64,000 nt of DNA. Source: Okamejei kenojei. Lineage: Eukaryota. The stretch covers positions 14,012,001 through 14,076,000 of the forward strand of contig CM069164.1 in the NCBI GenBank assembly GCA_035221665.1. The letters run 5' to 3'. This document shows, one piece after another, positions 23,591-36,004 of the stretch (its first letter is position 1; every line of letters begins with the position of its first letter). Position numbers and translations under genes: made by a program. The notes under the pieces were generated by a model. It had not been told where the DNA came from. It worked only from the letters and a program-made list of their open reading frames with translations, and searched no databases.

Positions 23591-23880
23591 AGTATATAAT
23601 ACCATGTAATTCTGTGTTCAGGGAAGTGGAGAGAGGACTGCCAAGTGTCTGTGTTGCTCACTTGGCTGGGGTTTGTTTTCCTTGTCACTTCCATCAGCCG
23701 ATAATTAGTAAAGTTTTGAATTGGTCTACCAAACTGCTTTGTGAGTTATCTGTTTATTAAGAAGTGAACCTGTTTGCTTAGTTATAAATTCACCTTTTTC
23801 AAGCAGATTTGATTCAGATTTGAATCAGATTTTGCAATATAATTGTCAATAAGGACCAATTTTTAAGAAATAGTTCCCAA

Positions 23881-24860
23881 CGGGAGGCACATGCGAAAGC
23901 CACAGAAGCTATTTTGGAAAGTTACAGCGCTATCACTGATGCCCTCAGTCATTTGTACTCTGGTGTTAATGTGAAGGGTGATACCAGGCTTCAAGCTAAC
24001 AATCTTTAGCAGAAAATGGAAGAAGTGGAATTTGTATTTATGCTGCATTTTTGGACCCGTCTGCTAGGTCATTTCCACAGGGTCAACAAAGCCATTCAGA
24101 AATCCAAACTGTTATTGAGCACGTGTGCAGGTTTGTACAGTTCACTTCGGGATTTTGTAAGCAAAATTAAAGATTTTGATGAGCTTGAGCCACAAGCAAA
24201 GGCCACCTTGCCAGATGTTAACTACAGAACTGTCTCAGGGAGACAAGGAATAAGGAAATGATGGAAGTGCACCTGGTCCTGATACTTTAGATAAACTCTC
24301 TTCAAGAGATAAGTTTAGGATAAAATCCTTTATTCCTATACGAGATGCACTTGAAACCAATTTAAAAAGAAGAGGTACTGTGTACAGTGAAGTTGCACAA
24401 CAGCTGTCCTTTCTTGCTAATCTGACCACATCTAAGCAAGAAACTCAGCAAGGTGTTGAACTGTTGATGGAAGCACACCCAGAAGATGCTGATCTGGAAC
24501 TTACTGATGAACTTTTGCACTTTCACTCGTACGTGAGACAAAGCCATAGGCACACAGAAGAGCACTCTCTGCCTCATACAGACCTTTATCAAATAATATA
24601 CAAGGAAACAATTCTGATGGCCTTCCCTAATGTGGAAGCAATCTTGCGGCTGTTTCTTAGCTTAATGGACACCAACTGCTCGGGAGAGAAGTCTTTTTCA
24701 CGACTCAAAAGAATTAAAAATGAATTAAGATCCACAATGTCTCAAGAGAGGTTGTCTACACTGAGCATTCTGTGCATTGAGAGTGACAAACTCACACAAA
24801 CAGATCTTGGTGAACTTCTGGATGATTTTGCTATGAAGAAGGCGAGAAAAAGCATTTTTG
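23881..24860 (+). pseudogene. hAT transposase C-terminal half (ZMYM1-like), disrupted
   Basis: EAHAKATEAILESY..EFVFMLHFW..; FPNVEAILRLFLSL..NCSGEKSFSRLKRIKNELRSTMSQERLSTLSILCIE (hAT dimerisation domain with the catalytic Glu motif); in-frame TAG at ~24007 and a frameshift at ~24258. Confidence 0.9.
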
Positions 24861-25659
24861 CTCTTAGTGTATTTGTAGTTTCTTTATTTCTTAATATTCC
24901 ACATTCAGTTCAAGAGACACTTATTGTCACGTGCACCAATTGGTGCAACTAAATTTGGGGTCAGCATCTGGCGTCGGAACGGGAGAACATTCTCAGCGGC
25001 TTGGACTTCCGAATCGGCCACTTCCTACCGGAGACTGCGGCTCCCGAAGTCCACAGGCTGAGCTGGGCGGAGATTCACGCTGGCGGCCCTCGGCAAAGGG
25101 ATGTTGAAATCAGCGCGGCCCGAGGCTGGGAGCTCCGCAAACCACAGCTCCATGTTGAAGCAGCAGGCCCAGCTCTCCAGAGCTTCACACGGCGATCCAG
25201 GTAAGGCATCGCCCGCTCCACGGTGAATCCAATATGTGTTTTAAAACCAACTGTTTAATGACGACATACAGTAGGATCTAAAAGTGTCACACTGTCACTG
25301 TCGGGTAGTCACGGTCCTCTAGTCGTGGGGGTGTGGGATTGGGAGGGGTGGGGAGGGGCCTCACAAGTGAAATAGCCTAGGGCCTCTCTTCATCTAATTC
25401 CAGCCCTGGCTAGTACAGTAATTCTGTAGATGTTGCTGCTACTGGGCTCCATTGGTGGAGGGAGCGAGTGTTCCAATCAAGAAGACTACTTTGCTCCAAA
25501 TAGTTTTGAGCTACCTGAGTGGCACGCAGCTACCCAAGGGACGACTTCAGACTCTTAGATCATTGGGATCTCTTGCAGGACATGTGGGACCTCCACGAGC
25601 AGGATAGGTTGTGCCTGATCTGGAGAGGCAGCAATATCTTTACAGGAAGGTTTGCTAGT

Positions 25660-26480
25660 TGTTAGGGATAGTCAGCATGACTTTGTGTGGGGGAGTTCCT
25701 GATTGACTTTTTGGAGGAAGTTACGAAGGAGATTGGGGTGGATTGGGCAGTGGGAGTTTTGTACGTCGACTTCAGTAAAGCATTTGTCATGGATCCTCAT
25801 GGTAGGCCGGCCCAGAAGTCCACAGTGACTTGGACTTATTATCGAGTCCACATCACAACATTAGATATTGTTCAGAGAGAGCTAAACGCACTTCTCGGCG
25901 TCTGCATACAATGGAGCCTTGCGCTTCTGGTGTGTGGTGGTGGAAAGATTGGTGGAAGCAGGAGCGCGACGTGAACGCTCTTTCCTCGGCCTCAGTGAGT
26001 TGGTAAATTGCATCTGAAATTGGCTCCGTCATGGAAGATGGAGGGTAGTGGTAGAGGAGGTTGTTTTCTGCTCCCCACACTTCGGTGCTGGGAATATATA
26101 TGAATGATCTGGATGAAAATGTAGGTGGTCTGATGAGTAAGTTTGCAGATGACATCGATGCAGTTTGGCCGAAATTGGTGCGGTTTTGGACGGCGAGGAA
26201 GGTTGTCATAGGATATTGCCGGATATCGGTCAGTTGGAAAATTGAGTAGAGAAATAGCAAGTGACGTTTAATACCGATAGGTGTGAGGTGTTGCATTGGT
26301 GGGTGCATTGAAGGAACATTGCATGCTAGCCTCCAATGGTCGATGCATCGAGTATAAATGTTGGGAAGTCATGTTGCAGATGTATATATGTTTATTTGGA
26401 GTTTGTGGTTCTGGTTACAACATGGTGGGATGATTGGAGGGGCTTTGCAAGGGGTGCAGAAGAAGTTGACCAGGATGCTG
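25660..26480 (+). pseudogene. Degraded CR1 reverse-transcriptase fragment
   Basis: LIDFLEEVTKEI..VLYVDFSKAF and IYMNDLDENVGGLMSKFADD motifs, with many disruptions. Confidence 0.85.
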
Positions 26481-26776
26481 CCTGAAATACATCCCCAGCA
26501 AATTTCAAGGGTGTGCGGGGGACAAACCGGGATGAGTGAAAGGGAGTGCGCAAGCCGGGACCCAGGGTGTGAGAGGGAGTGTGGGAATGTGGGAAGCAAG
26601 CTCCTGGTGTGACACGGAGCGCACAGGAACCGGGAAGCGGATTATAGGAGCTTTACTGCATTTCACAAATAGAATTTAAACACACAAGCTGCTTTGATGC
26701 ATTTAAGCATCTGTCACCACTGTTCATCTAATCCTGTGGATTATTAGTCCTGAAACATAACCACTGTGTCACATCT

Positions 26777-27040
26777 AGTGGTGTAGAGGTAGAGTTGCTG
26801 CCTTACAGCATCAGAGACCCGGGTTCAATCCTGACTACGGGTGATGTCTGTTCGGAATTTGTACGTTCTCCCTGTGACCGTGTGGGTTTTCTCCGGGTGC
26901 TCCGGTTTCCTCCCACACTCCAAAGACGTGCAGTTTTATAGGTTAATTGGTTTCGGTAAAACTTGTAAATTGTTCCAAGTGTTTAGGATAGTGCTGGTGA
27001 TTGCTAGTTGGTGCGGATTTGTTGCGTTTCTCTAAACACT
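26777..27040 (+). mobile_element. HE1-like SINE
   Basis: GGTAGAGTTGCTGCCTTACAG..GGTTCAATCC head plus core. Confidence 0.85.
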
Positions 27041-27393
27041 AAGACTGTATCTCTGAAGTCAAAAGTCAAGGCTAAATCTCCAGCACAATGTATCTGACTG
27101 CATTGATCCAGACTTAATTTCTCTGACCCATTATATCCACATCAGTAAGATCTGTCCGTGACATCCTCCCTTCCAGCGAACGTCGCCTCATGTCGTAGCG
27201 TCTCCTCTGCCACATCAGTCACTGGGCTACTAGTACAAAGTTACCAAATTACAACCTACCTTCACCTCCAAGTTGCTGCCTGCAACCTTGTTTAAAATAC
27301 CAACGATATCCTCAATATTTAAGCAATGTAGGAAGGAGAGGGAACCTTGAGACTGGACTGCGCGAGAACAACAAAACAAAAGAGGCTGGTGCT

Positions 27394-27712
27394 GGTACGG
27401 TGGCTCAGCGGTAGAGTTGCTGCCTTACAGCGCCAGAGACTGGGGTTCAATCCTGACTACGGGTGCTGTCTGTACGGAGTTTGTACGTTCTCCCCGTGAC
27501 CTGCGTGGGTTTTCTCTGGGATCTCGGGTTTCCTTCCACATTCCAAAGACGCACAGGTTTGTAGGCTAATGGCTTGGTATAATTGTAAATTGTCCCGTGT
27601 GTGTGTGTGTGTGTGTGGGGAGTGGGGTAGTGTTAGTGTGTGGGGATCGCTGGTCAGCGCAGTCTCAGTGGGCCGAAGGGCCTGTTTCTGCGCTGTATCT
27701 CTAAACTAAACT
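27394..27712 (+). mobile_element. Full-length HE1/V-SINE-like tRNA-derived SINE
   Basis: Pol III A-box TGGCTCAGCGG (27401-27411), B-box GGTTCAATCC (27444-27453), central core and a CR1-like tail ending in CTAAA repeats. Confidence 0.92.
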
Positions 27713-28940
27713 GCAGATGCTGGAATCTGGAGCAAAAACAAGTTGATGCAGGGTCTCAAACTGAAACGTGAATTATCCCTTTGCCTCCATAGATGCTGCC
27801 TGTCCTCTGAGTTCCTCCAGCAGTTTGCACTTTGCTGGCAATTAACGTAAAGTCCTACACATTAGCAAGGGCGGACTGCAGCCATATCGGTTAACGTTGC
27901 CTTTACCACTGGGTTGGTAACAGCAAAAACGCCCATACATTCTGCATCCGGCAACTTACACAGCTGCACATGGAATGACTGGCAACAGAGAAGAGCTTGC
28001 AATTCCTCTACAATGTGAATAAAAAGACAAACAAACTATTTACAAGCCTGCATCCTCACATTATCTGGGCAAAGACTGCCTGGGATCTCAGACTGTGTTG
28101 AAAGTTACACGATTCTACATCCAAATGCAAAAGACAGGGGGGCCTTGACAAGAAATTTCATCGCAATAATATTAAAGTGTTCAGAAGTGGAAGTCTCTTG
28201 CATGATGCCGGCTAAATAGAATCAGTCACTTCAACTTCATACTTGGATCTGCAATGCTATCTGGCACTTTTACATAACCACTTCATCTCAATCACTGCGT
28301 CTGCCTCAAAGCTTTAAATGGAAACAGATGTGGAAAATTCTGTTTTTAATTAGCTTCCTTGTTCTCCCAAAGAACCTTCACTGGGATTTCTAGTGTTGCC
28401 TCCTACTGAGAGATGGCAATTCCACTTTCCCGTTGTGGTAACTCTGGTGAATTGAGGAAGTTCCAACTCATCACCGGTGGTTTGTAACAAACAGCATTTA
28501 CTACATGTAAAAGCTCTGTCGGTTTTTTTTTTAACCAGTATTTCACCGGCACCAGTTGCATTTTCAGCTTCGCACCAGGAGTTTCCAGCTATTCCAGTCG
28601 TACAACTTAGAGAGTAGAACACAGAACAATACAGCACAAAACAGGCCCTTCAGCCCACAGTGTCTTTATCGAACGTGATGCCAAGACCATCACTTACCCG
28701 CACCTAACCCAGATCCCTCCGTTCCCTGCATACCCATATCCCATGAGCGGTAGGGTTGCTGCCTTACAGCACCAGAGACCCAGGTTCCAACCTGATTACC
28801 AGTGTTGCCTGTACACAGTTTGTACGTTCTCCCGCCACCTTTTCGCTGGGAGCTCTGGTTTCCTCACACATTCCAAAGATGTACAGGTTTGTAGGTCAAT
28901 TGGCTTGGTAAAAATTGGAAAATTGTGTAAGATAGTGTAA

Positions 28941-29241
28941 AAGGCCTGTCCCACTGTACGAGGTAATTCAAGAGTTCTCCCCTGATTCGAACACGGAGAA
29001 TTACGCTAATAGCCGCTCGTAGGTACTCGGGGCTCTCGTGGACATTTTCCAACACGTTGAAACAACTTCACGAGCTCACCGACGTTTCCCGAGTACCTGC
29101 CGTTGGCGTTACGAGCCGCTAAGAGACATCCCGAGCTCCGACGTACCCGCGACGTACATTCCACGTACTTACCACGAGTTTGATTATTTTTTTAAAACTC
29201 CGGAGAGCTCTTGGGTAAACTCGTGTAGTGGGACAGGCCCT
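28941..29241. mobile_element. PIF/Harbinger-type MITE inserted in a SINE
   Basis: TIRs GGCCTGTCCCACTGTACGAG / CTCGTGTAGTGGGACAGGCC with TAA/TTA flanks; the SINE continues on both sides. Confidence 0.8.
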
Positions 29242-29299
29242 TTAATGATCAAGGAATGCTGGACAGCGCAGACCCGGTGGGCCGAAGGGCCTGTTTCCA

Positions 29300-29990
29300 C
29301 TCTATATCTCTAAACGAAGCTAAGCCTTTCCCAAATGATTTTAAATGTTACTAACGCATCTGCTTCAAGCACTATCCCCTGACTGACACCATGTCCCAGG
29401 CACTCACCACCCTCTGTAGAAATACATTTGCCCTACACACCTCCTTTAAACTTTGCCCCTCTCATCAAAAAATGATGCCTTCTAGTATTTGATTGTTCCA
29501 CCCTGGAATAGATTCTGACAGCCTATCTCATCTATGCCTCTCCATAATTGTATGTTCTTCTCTCAGGTCCCCCCCACAACCTCCGGCATTCCTGAGAAAA
29601 CAATCCAAGTCCATCCAACCTCTGCCTGTAGCTAATACTCCTTAGTCCAGGCATCATTCTGATAAAGAGACATTTTTGCTAAGAGACATTAGGACATATA
29701 ACCGGATTGTAGGGTTCAGAGGTTTATGGACCGAATGCAGGCAAATGAGAATAGTCCAATATACCAACTTGACCAACTTCCAACTTCCAGGGATGAGATT
29801 GGATATTTCCGTATTTCCACATTCCTTCATTAACCCCATGCTTTATTGGGATGTCTCATTGCAGCTGGACACAACATTGATGAGACCACTCTGGACTTAC
29901 ACCCCAAATTCTCCCGATACATCAACTCTCCGAAGATCCCCGTATATGTCCTACAAGAATATGACTTCCCAAGTGTATTACCTCCCACCT
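29300..29990 (-). mobile_element. Old CR1 LINE fragments
   Basis: CACTCACCACCCTCTG, CTATCTCATCTATGCCTC and AACAATCCAAGT are reverse-strand CR1 ORF2 3' motifs. Confidence 0.65.
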
Positions 29991-31219
29991 GTACGAAAGA
30001 CATGGATAGTATAGGATAGATAGTCAGAGAATCGTTTTCCCACAGCAGTGGAGTCTAGAACTAGAAGGCACGGTTAAGGTGAGAGGGGAGAAATTTAAAG
30101 GATATCTGTGGGGTATTAATATATATTTTTTAAATTATGTTCATGGATGGTGCCCAAGTTTGCTAATCTAAGGCTAATTTAGTTTAGTTTAGTTTAGTTG
30201 AGAGATACAGTTTGGAAATAGGCCTTTCGGCCCATCGAGTCTATGCTGACTCTCGATCACCCATTCACATGAGTTCTATGTTATCCCACTTTTGCATCCA
30301 CTTGCTACGCACTAGGGACAATTTACAGAGGCCAATTAACCTACAAACCTACACATCGTGGGGGTGTGGGAGAAACCGCAGCACCCAGAGTAAGCCCAAG
30401 GGGTCACATGGAGAACACGCAAACTCCACACAAACAGCACTCAAGGTCAGGATGGAGCCCGGGACTCTGGCACTCGGGCAGCAGCTCCACCAGCTGTGCA
30501 ACTGTGTCGCTAATGACAAGCTATTAAGCATTCACTCATTAACCAACATCCACTGGACACACTGAGTGGATGGTAGGACTTATAGCTGACCCCCATGTAT
30601 ACTAAAGCTGCTTTGAACCTCTCCTGAATTAAACTACACACAGAGGTTGGCGACTGTCTGGAACGAGCTGTCAGAGGAGGTGGTGGAGGCAGATACAAGT
30701 GCAGTGTTTAAAATAAGTACTTGCTTAGGAAAGGTGTTGATGGATACAGGGCTAATTCAGGCAAATGGGATTAGCATGGATAGGCGTGGTGGTTGGCGTG
30801 GAGAAGGTGGGACAAGTGAGCTTGTTGCTGTGCTGCACCATTCAATAATCTTCCCTTCTTTCTCATAGAAACATAGAAATTAAGTGCAGGAGGAGGCCAT
30901 TCGGCCCTTCGAGCCAGCACCGCCATTCATTGCGATCATGGCTGATCGCCCCCAATCAATAACCCGTGCCTGCCTTCTCCCCATATCCCTCGGTTCCACT
31001 AGCCCCTAGAGCTCTATCTAACTCTTGGGGCTAGATTCCCCCAGATACCAGCTCTCACCTGTCTCTAGGGACCATTTTCAAAAGCCAATTATCCACGTCT
31101 TTGAGATGTGGGGAGAAGCCAAAGCTCCAGGAGGGAATTCCCTCATCTAGGTTGGTAGCATCCATTGCAACACATGGGAGTGTGATGCACTAAAGGTGCT
31201 GCCTCTTAGATAAAATAAC

Positions 31220-31500
31220 TGGGTGGCACAGTGGTGGAGCGGTAGAGACCCAGGTTCGATCCTGACTATGTCTGTACGGAGCATGTACGTTCTCCCTGTG
31301 ACCTCGTGGGTTTTCTCCGGGGGGCTCTGGTTTCCTCCCAAAGTCCGAAGATGTACAGGTTTGTAGGTTAACTGGCTTCAGTAAAAATTGTAAAACTGTT
31401 CTTGGTGTGTAGGATAGTGTGAGTGCGCGGGGATCGCCGGTTGGCCCGGACTCAGTGGGCTGGGCCGAAGGGCCTGTTTCCAAGCTGTATCTCTAAAGTA
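31220..31500 (+). mobile_element. HE1-like SINE
   Basis: GGCACAGTGGTGGAGCGGTAGAG..GGTTCGATCC head, core and tail. Confidence 0.85.
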
Positions 31501-32254
31501 AAATATTAACTGAGCCCCTTCCCCTGATGCAGACTACCTTTGAAGAAGACCCTTCGGCCATTAATTCCCAAGTTGACTATCAAGGGACCCACGCACACAA
31601 ATCCTATGTTAATTTCACACATTCCCATCAGTTCTCCCCAGACTCCACCACCCACCTACACACTCGGGGAAATTTACAACGGCCCATTAACCTCCAGTAC
31701 ATCTTCGGCGCGGCACAGCCAGGGACAAACTCACACCATTAGCACCTGGAGTCAGGATTGAACCCAGGCTACTGCAGCTGTGAGGCAGTTAAGTGTGGGG
31801 GCAGGAGATGCCATGGTGATATTTCATGGAGAAGCAGTGGGATTCCTCCCTGCGGCCGGGGTAATCTCCACACCCTCTGGAGCGGGTTGTCTGATCAAGA
31901 TCATCCATCCGGCTGAGTGGAGCGCTGCAGTGGTTGTGCCCTCTGCCACATTTATCACAGGGGGGGTGGGGGGGGGGGGGGGGGCACCTTTCAGACGTAC
32001 GTCGTTGCCAGCGAGTGTCTGTCTACACTCTGCCTTGTTATACATAAGGGGGCCGCTGAGAACAAAGGGGGGATCCCGCCGTGGGGGGGGGGGGGGCACC
32101 AAGAATGAAGAGGGGCCCAGCAGGGGTCCGCTGAGAATGAAGGGGGGGGCCAAGCGCGGGGGGGGTGGGGGATGCAGAGAACAAAGGCAGACCCAGTGGG
32201 GACATCTGCGGCCTAGTACGGCTGCAGGCCTGATTTGCCGCTGCGCGAAGTTAA

Positions 32255-32565
32255 GAATAGACAATAGGTGCAGGAGGAGGCCATTCGGCCCTTCGAGCCA
32301 GCACCAACCACCATTCAATGTGATCATGGCTGATCATCCCCAATCAGTACCCCGTTCCTGCCTTCTCCCCATATCCCCTGACTCCGCTATTTTTAAGAGC
32401 CCTATCTAGCTCTCTCTTGAAAGCATCCAGAGAACCGGCCTCCACCGCCCTCTGAGGCAGAGAATTCCACAGACTAACCACTCTCTGTGAGAAAAAGTGT
32501 TTCCTCGTCTCCGTTCTAAATGACTTACTCCTTATTCTTAAACTGTGACCCCTGGTTCTGGATGT
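32255..32565 (-). mobile_element. CR1 (HER1-like) LINE 3' end
   Basis: SRTRGHSLRIRSKSFRTETRKHFFSQRVVSLWNSLPQRAVEAGSLDAFKRELDR. Confidence 0.9.
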
Positions 32566-33074
32566 CCGATTAACTTTCTGCAACTTTGATGGGTCCAGAC
32601 CCGTGGCGGCTCCTTGTGTACTGCCTAGGGGAGGGAGGGAGGGAGGGAGGGCGGGAGGGCGGGCTGCTGTATCATTTCACCAGATAGTAAGCAAAAGCAA
32701 CCAACGTCACTGTCCCTAGATACATGTGGCAATAAAGTGTCATTGAATTGAATAAATGAAGGAATTGCTGAGGGAAAACAGCAAGAAATGATAATTATGT
32801 AAAGGCACATTCTACATTTGTAACTGTGAATAGCAGCTTGTGAAGCCTGAATAAGTCCAATCCAAATTTAAACTGGGTTTCCTTTCAATGCTTGACTGGA
32901 AATAAATGGCCAAGCATGTTTATACGACGCTGCAGTTCGATGTCATCGTACCTTGGTTGTTTAATTCAGGAGAGGTTCACGGCAGGTTTTGTGTACAAGT
33001 GGTGGTCAGCTGTGAGCCCTCCCATCCAGGGTGGGTCCAGGGGTCGCTGATAACGGCTTTACAGCCTATCATTA

Positions 33075-33375
33075 GCGGCACGCTGGCGCAGCGTCAGCGA
33101 CCCGGCTTCGATCCTGACCTCGGCTGCTGTCTGTGTAGAGTTTGCACGTTCTCCCTGTGCCCACGTGGATTTCCTCCGGGTGCCCTGGGTCTCCTCCCAG
33201 GTCCCACGTTTCCTCCCGGGTTCGAAGGGTTAACGGGCCTTCCGTAGACTGGTATGTAGGGAGTGGATGCAAAAGTGGGAAAAGCATGGAACTACTATGA
33301 ACGGGTGATCGAGTGTCAGCTTGGACACAATGGGCTGAAGGGCCTGTTTCCAAGCTGTATCTCTAAACGAAACTA
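33075..33375 (+). mobile_element. HE1-like SINE
   Basis: Head with TTCGATCC, core and tail GAAGGGCCTGTTTCC..CTCTAAAC. Confidence 0.75.
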
Positions 33376-33914
33376 TGCTAAATTAGCCTTAGTTCAGCAG
33401 ACTTGGGCGCCATCCATAAATGAATTTGTTTTTAAGTACAAGTATGGCACACCACAAACTGAAACAGCATCCTGAGTAATACAGAAATGTGGAAGCTAAA
33501 CCGTCAGCTGTGGTTTCAACCAGCTGTCCTGGTTAACCTAAGTCTGACTTCAGATTTGTTTTAAATGCCTGCAGCCCCTCCTTTGTGGTGTTGGTGCGTT
33601 GCTCATCTCAGTATAGCTTGTGCGTCAGAACGAGCAAGGGAGCCGAGGTCCTGCCTCCAGAGGAAGATGGCTGCAATCGGCGGCGAGCCAGACTGAGTCG
33701 ACCTGTTTGTGAAACCATGGACCTGGGCTCCTGCAAGGCTCAGGGTCTCATTCCATCCACAGTGGTCTTCACACCCAACTAGGTTTCACACACCCCACCC
33801 ACGTCAGCCTCGATTCATCCAAATTTCCCCACACTTACCCTCTCCTCACTTAGATCCCACGTCTATCCCGCCTATCCTTGCTTAACTGCCCTTTTTCTGG
33901 TTCCAAATCACTAT

Positions 33915-34165
33915 CGAGGAAACACTTTTTCTCACAGAGAGTGGTGAGTTTGTGGAATTCTCTGTCTCAGAGGGCGGTGGAGGCAGGTTCTCTGGATGCT
34001 TTCAAGAGAGAGCTAGATAGGGCTCTTAAAGAAAGTGGAGTCAGGGGATCTGGGGAGAAGGCAGGAACGGGGCACTGATTGGGGATGATCAGCCATGATC
34101 ACATTGAATGGCGGTGCTGGCTCGAAGGGCCGAATGGCCTCCTCCTGCACCTATTGTCTATTGTC
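33915..34165 (+). mobile_element. CR1 (HER1-like) LINE 3' end
   Basis: RKHFFSQRVVSLWNSLSQRAVEAG followed by a CTATTGT repeat tail. Confidence 0.9.
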
Positions 34166-34220
34166 TATCCCCATTGACAATTTCCATTTTATTTTCCCCA
34201 ACTCTCCCTACTACAAGAGT

Positions 34221-34248
34221 CTGAAGAGGGATCTCGACCCGAAACGTC
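34221..34248 (+). ncRNA. Minimal type I hammerhead ribozyme motif within a Penelope-derived unit (34182-34305)
   Basis: CUGAAGA, GGG/CCC stem II, GAAA, palindromic ACGU in place of stem III, and a GUC cleavage triplet; stem I GAGU/ACUU can pair. Confidence 0.7.
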
Positions 34249-34651
34249 ACTTGTCCATTTTCACCAGAGATGCTGCCTGACCTGCTGAGTAATTCCAGCA
34301 TTTTGTGTCTATCCCCATTGACAATCATCTCCCCCTGCTTCTAAACCTCAACAAGCCCATGTTCTTTGATCTCTTTGTTCTTTCTCCACAGCCCCACCCC
34401 AATGCCTTCGCTTGGCCCTTTGATCCCATACAATCTCTGGCCAACGAGAGCCTTGTCTTACACAGGACTCACTGCCACTCACTCACTGCGTCGACACGTT
34501 AGTGGCCATTCCAACATCACCACCACAGTGTATTGGTGCACACCGACAATATTGTATCGCCGTCCGTCTCACTGTCACCGGGCAGATTCCACACTCTGCT
34601 GGTGATCATAAATAAAGGTGCAGGAAGGAGTGACTATGGTAGCGAGGGGCA

Positions 34652-34893
34652 NNNNNNNNNNNNNNNNNNNNNNNNNNNNNNNNNNNNNNNNNNNNNNNNN
34701 NNNNNNNNNNNNNNNNNNNNNNNNNNNNNNNNNNNNNNNNNNNNNNNNNNNNNNNNNNNNNNNNNNNNNNNNNNNNNNNNNNNNNNNNNNNNNNNNNNNN
34801 NNNNNNNNNNNNNNNNNNNNNNNNNNNNNNNNNNNNNNNNNNNNNNNNNNNNNNNNNNNNNNNNNNNNNNNNNNNNNNNNNNNNNNNNNNNNN
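34652..34893. other. Assembly gap
   Basis: Run of N. Confidence 1.
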
Positions 34894-34921
34894 TGGAGAG
34901 AGAGGGAGAGACGGAGAGGGA

Positions 34922-34954
<33 letters not shown>

Positions 34955-35002
34955 TGATGGAGAGGGAGATGGAGGGAGAGAGAGACGGAGAGGGAGATGG
35001 AG

Positions 35003-35220
35003 NNNNNNNNNNNNNNNNNNNNNNNNNNNNNNNNNNNNNNNNNNNNNNNNNNNNNNNNNNNNNNNNNNNNNNNNNNNNNNNNNNNNNNNNNNNNNNNNNN
35101 NNNNNNNNNNNNNNNNNNNNNNNNNNNNNNNNNNNNNNNNNNNNNNNNNNNNNNNNNNNNNNNNNNNNNNNNNNNNNNNNNNNNNNNNNNNNNNNNNNNN
35201 NNNNNNNNNNNNNNNNNNNN
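35003..35220. other. Assembly gap within a GA-rich repeat
   Basis: Run of N flanked by GA-rich sequence. Confidence 1.
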
Positions 35221-35724
35221 GTGATGGAGAGGACAATAAGGAAGGAGAGCGTAACTGAGAAGGAAGCGGAGGGAGAAGAAGGCAGAGGCAGAGGAAAGGT
35301 GTGATGAAGGGGGAGAGAGATGTGGAGAGGGAGACAGAGAGGGAGAGGGAGGCAAAATGGAGGTGGAGTGGGTGAGAGGAAGGAAGAGAGGGAGAGGGGG
35401 ATGGAAAGGAGGATGTTTTTGTTTCTGTGACCAAGTCAGTCCACCACTGGGTACTGTGACATCCACAGTCTGCACTCCCGTCCCCCCCCCCTTCCCCCAC
35501 CCCCGCGGAATTACCCCCTCTAAACTTTCAAACGTTGAACCTCTCTTTCTTCTTTTTAGACTCTCCTTCAAGCCTCCGTCTTTGACCACGTTTCTGTCGA
35601 TCCTATCAAAGATCTTCTACAGCTGCTCTTCGTATAGCAGCGAGGTGCCTCGGTGTTAAAGATTGCTCTCACTCACCCTTTATCTGACAGAAACCCGCGT
35701 GGCCCTGAACACAGATACGTGTAA

Positions 35725-36004
35725 TGCCCCTGTCCCGCTTATGAAACCTGAACGGAAACCTCTGGAGACTTTGCGCCCCGCTCAAGGTTTCCGTGCGGTT
35801 CCCGGAGGTTTTTGTCCTCCGGCAACCACCTTCAACTAGCATCGCAACCGGCTTCGACTAAAAAAATTACCGATTTTTCAAACGGAAACCACTTTCGACC
35901 ATTAGGGAGACTGACAAAAACCTCCGGGAACCGCACGGAAACCTTATGTGGGGCGCAAAGTCTCCAGAGGTTTCCATTCAGGTTTCCTAAGTGGGACAGG
36001 GGCA
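35725..36004. mobile_element. PIF/Harbinger-type MITE with long (~90 bp) TIRs
   Basis: TGCCCCTGTCCCGCTTA..GGAGGTTTTTGTC is inverted to GACAAAAACCTCC..TAAGTGGGACAGGGGCA; TAA/TTA flanks. Confidence 0.85.

Larger units (their letters stand above)
22896..25408 (+). mobile_element. Internally deleted hAT DNA transposon
   Basis: TIRs CAGGGCCGGATTTA / TAATTCCAGCCCTG; perfect 8-bp TSD GCTAGTAC (22888-22895, 25409-25416); contains a transposase remnant. Confidence 0.95.

Noticed and set aside
24380-24952. 190-aa ORF resembling ZMYM1-like domesticated proteins
   Set aside because: It lies between hAT TIRs and TSDs, with an upstream stop and frameshift, so it is a dead transposase.
27394-27470. tRNA-like A and B boxes
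   Set aside because: These are SINE heads continuous with SINE body and tail, not tRNA genes.
32040-32215. Spaced GAGAA(C/T)(A/G)AAG repeats superficially like a repeat-spacer array
   Set aside because: The units are short, degenerate and G-run-rich in a vertebrate context with no cas genes, so this is not a CRISPR array.
34533-35589. ORFs of 228-327 aa
   Set aside because: They run through N gaps and GA repeats.
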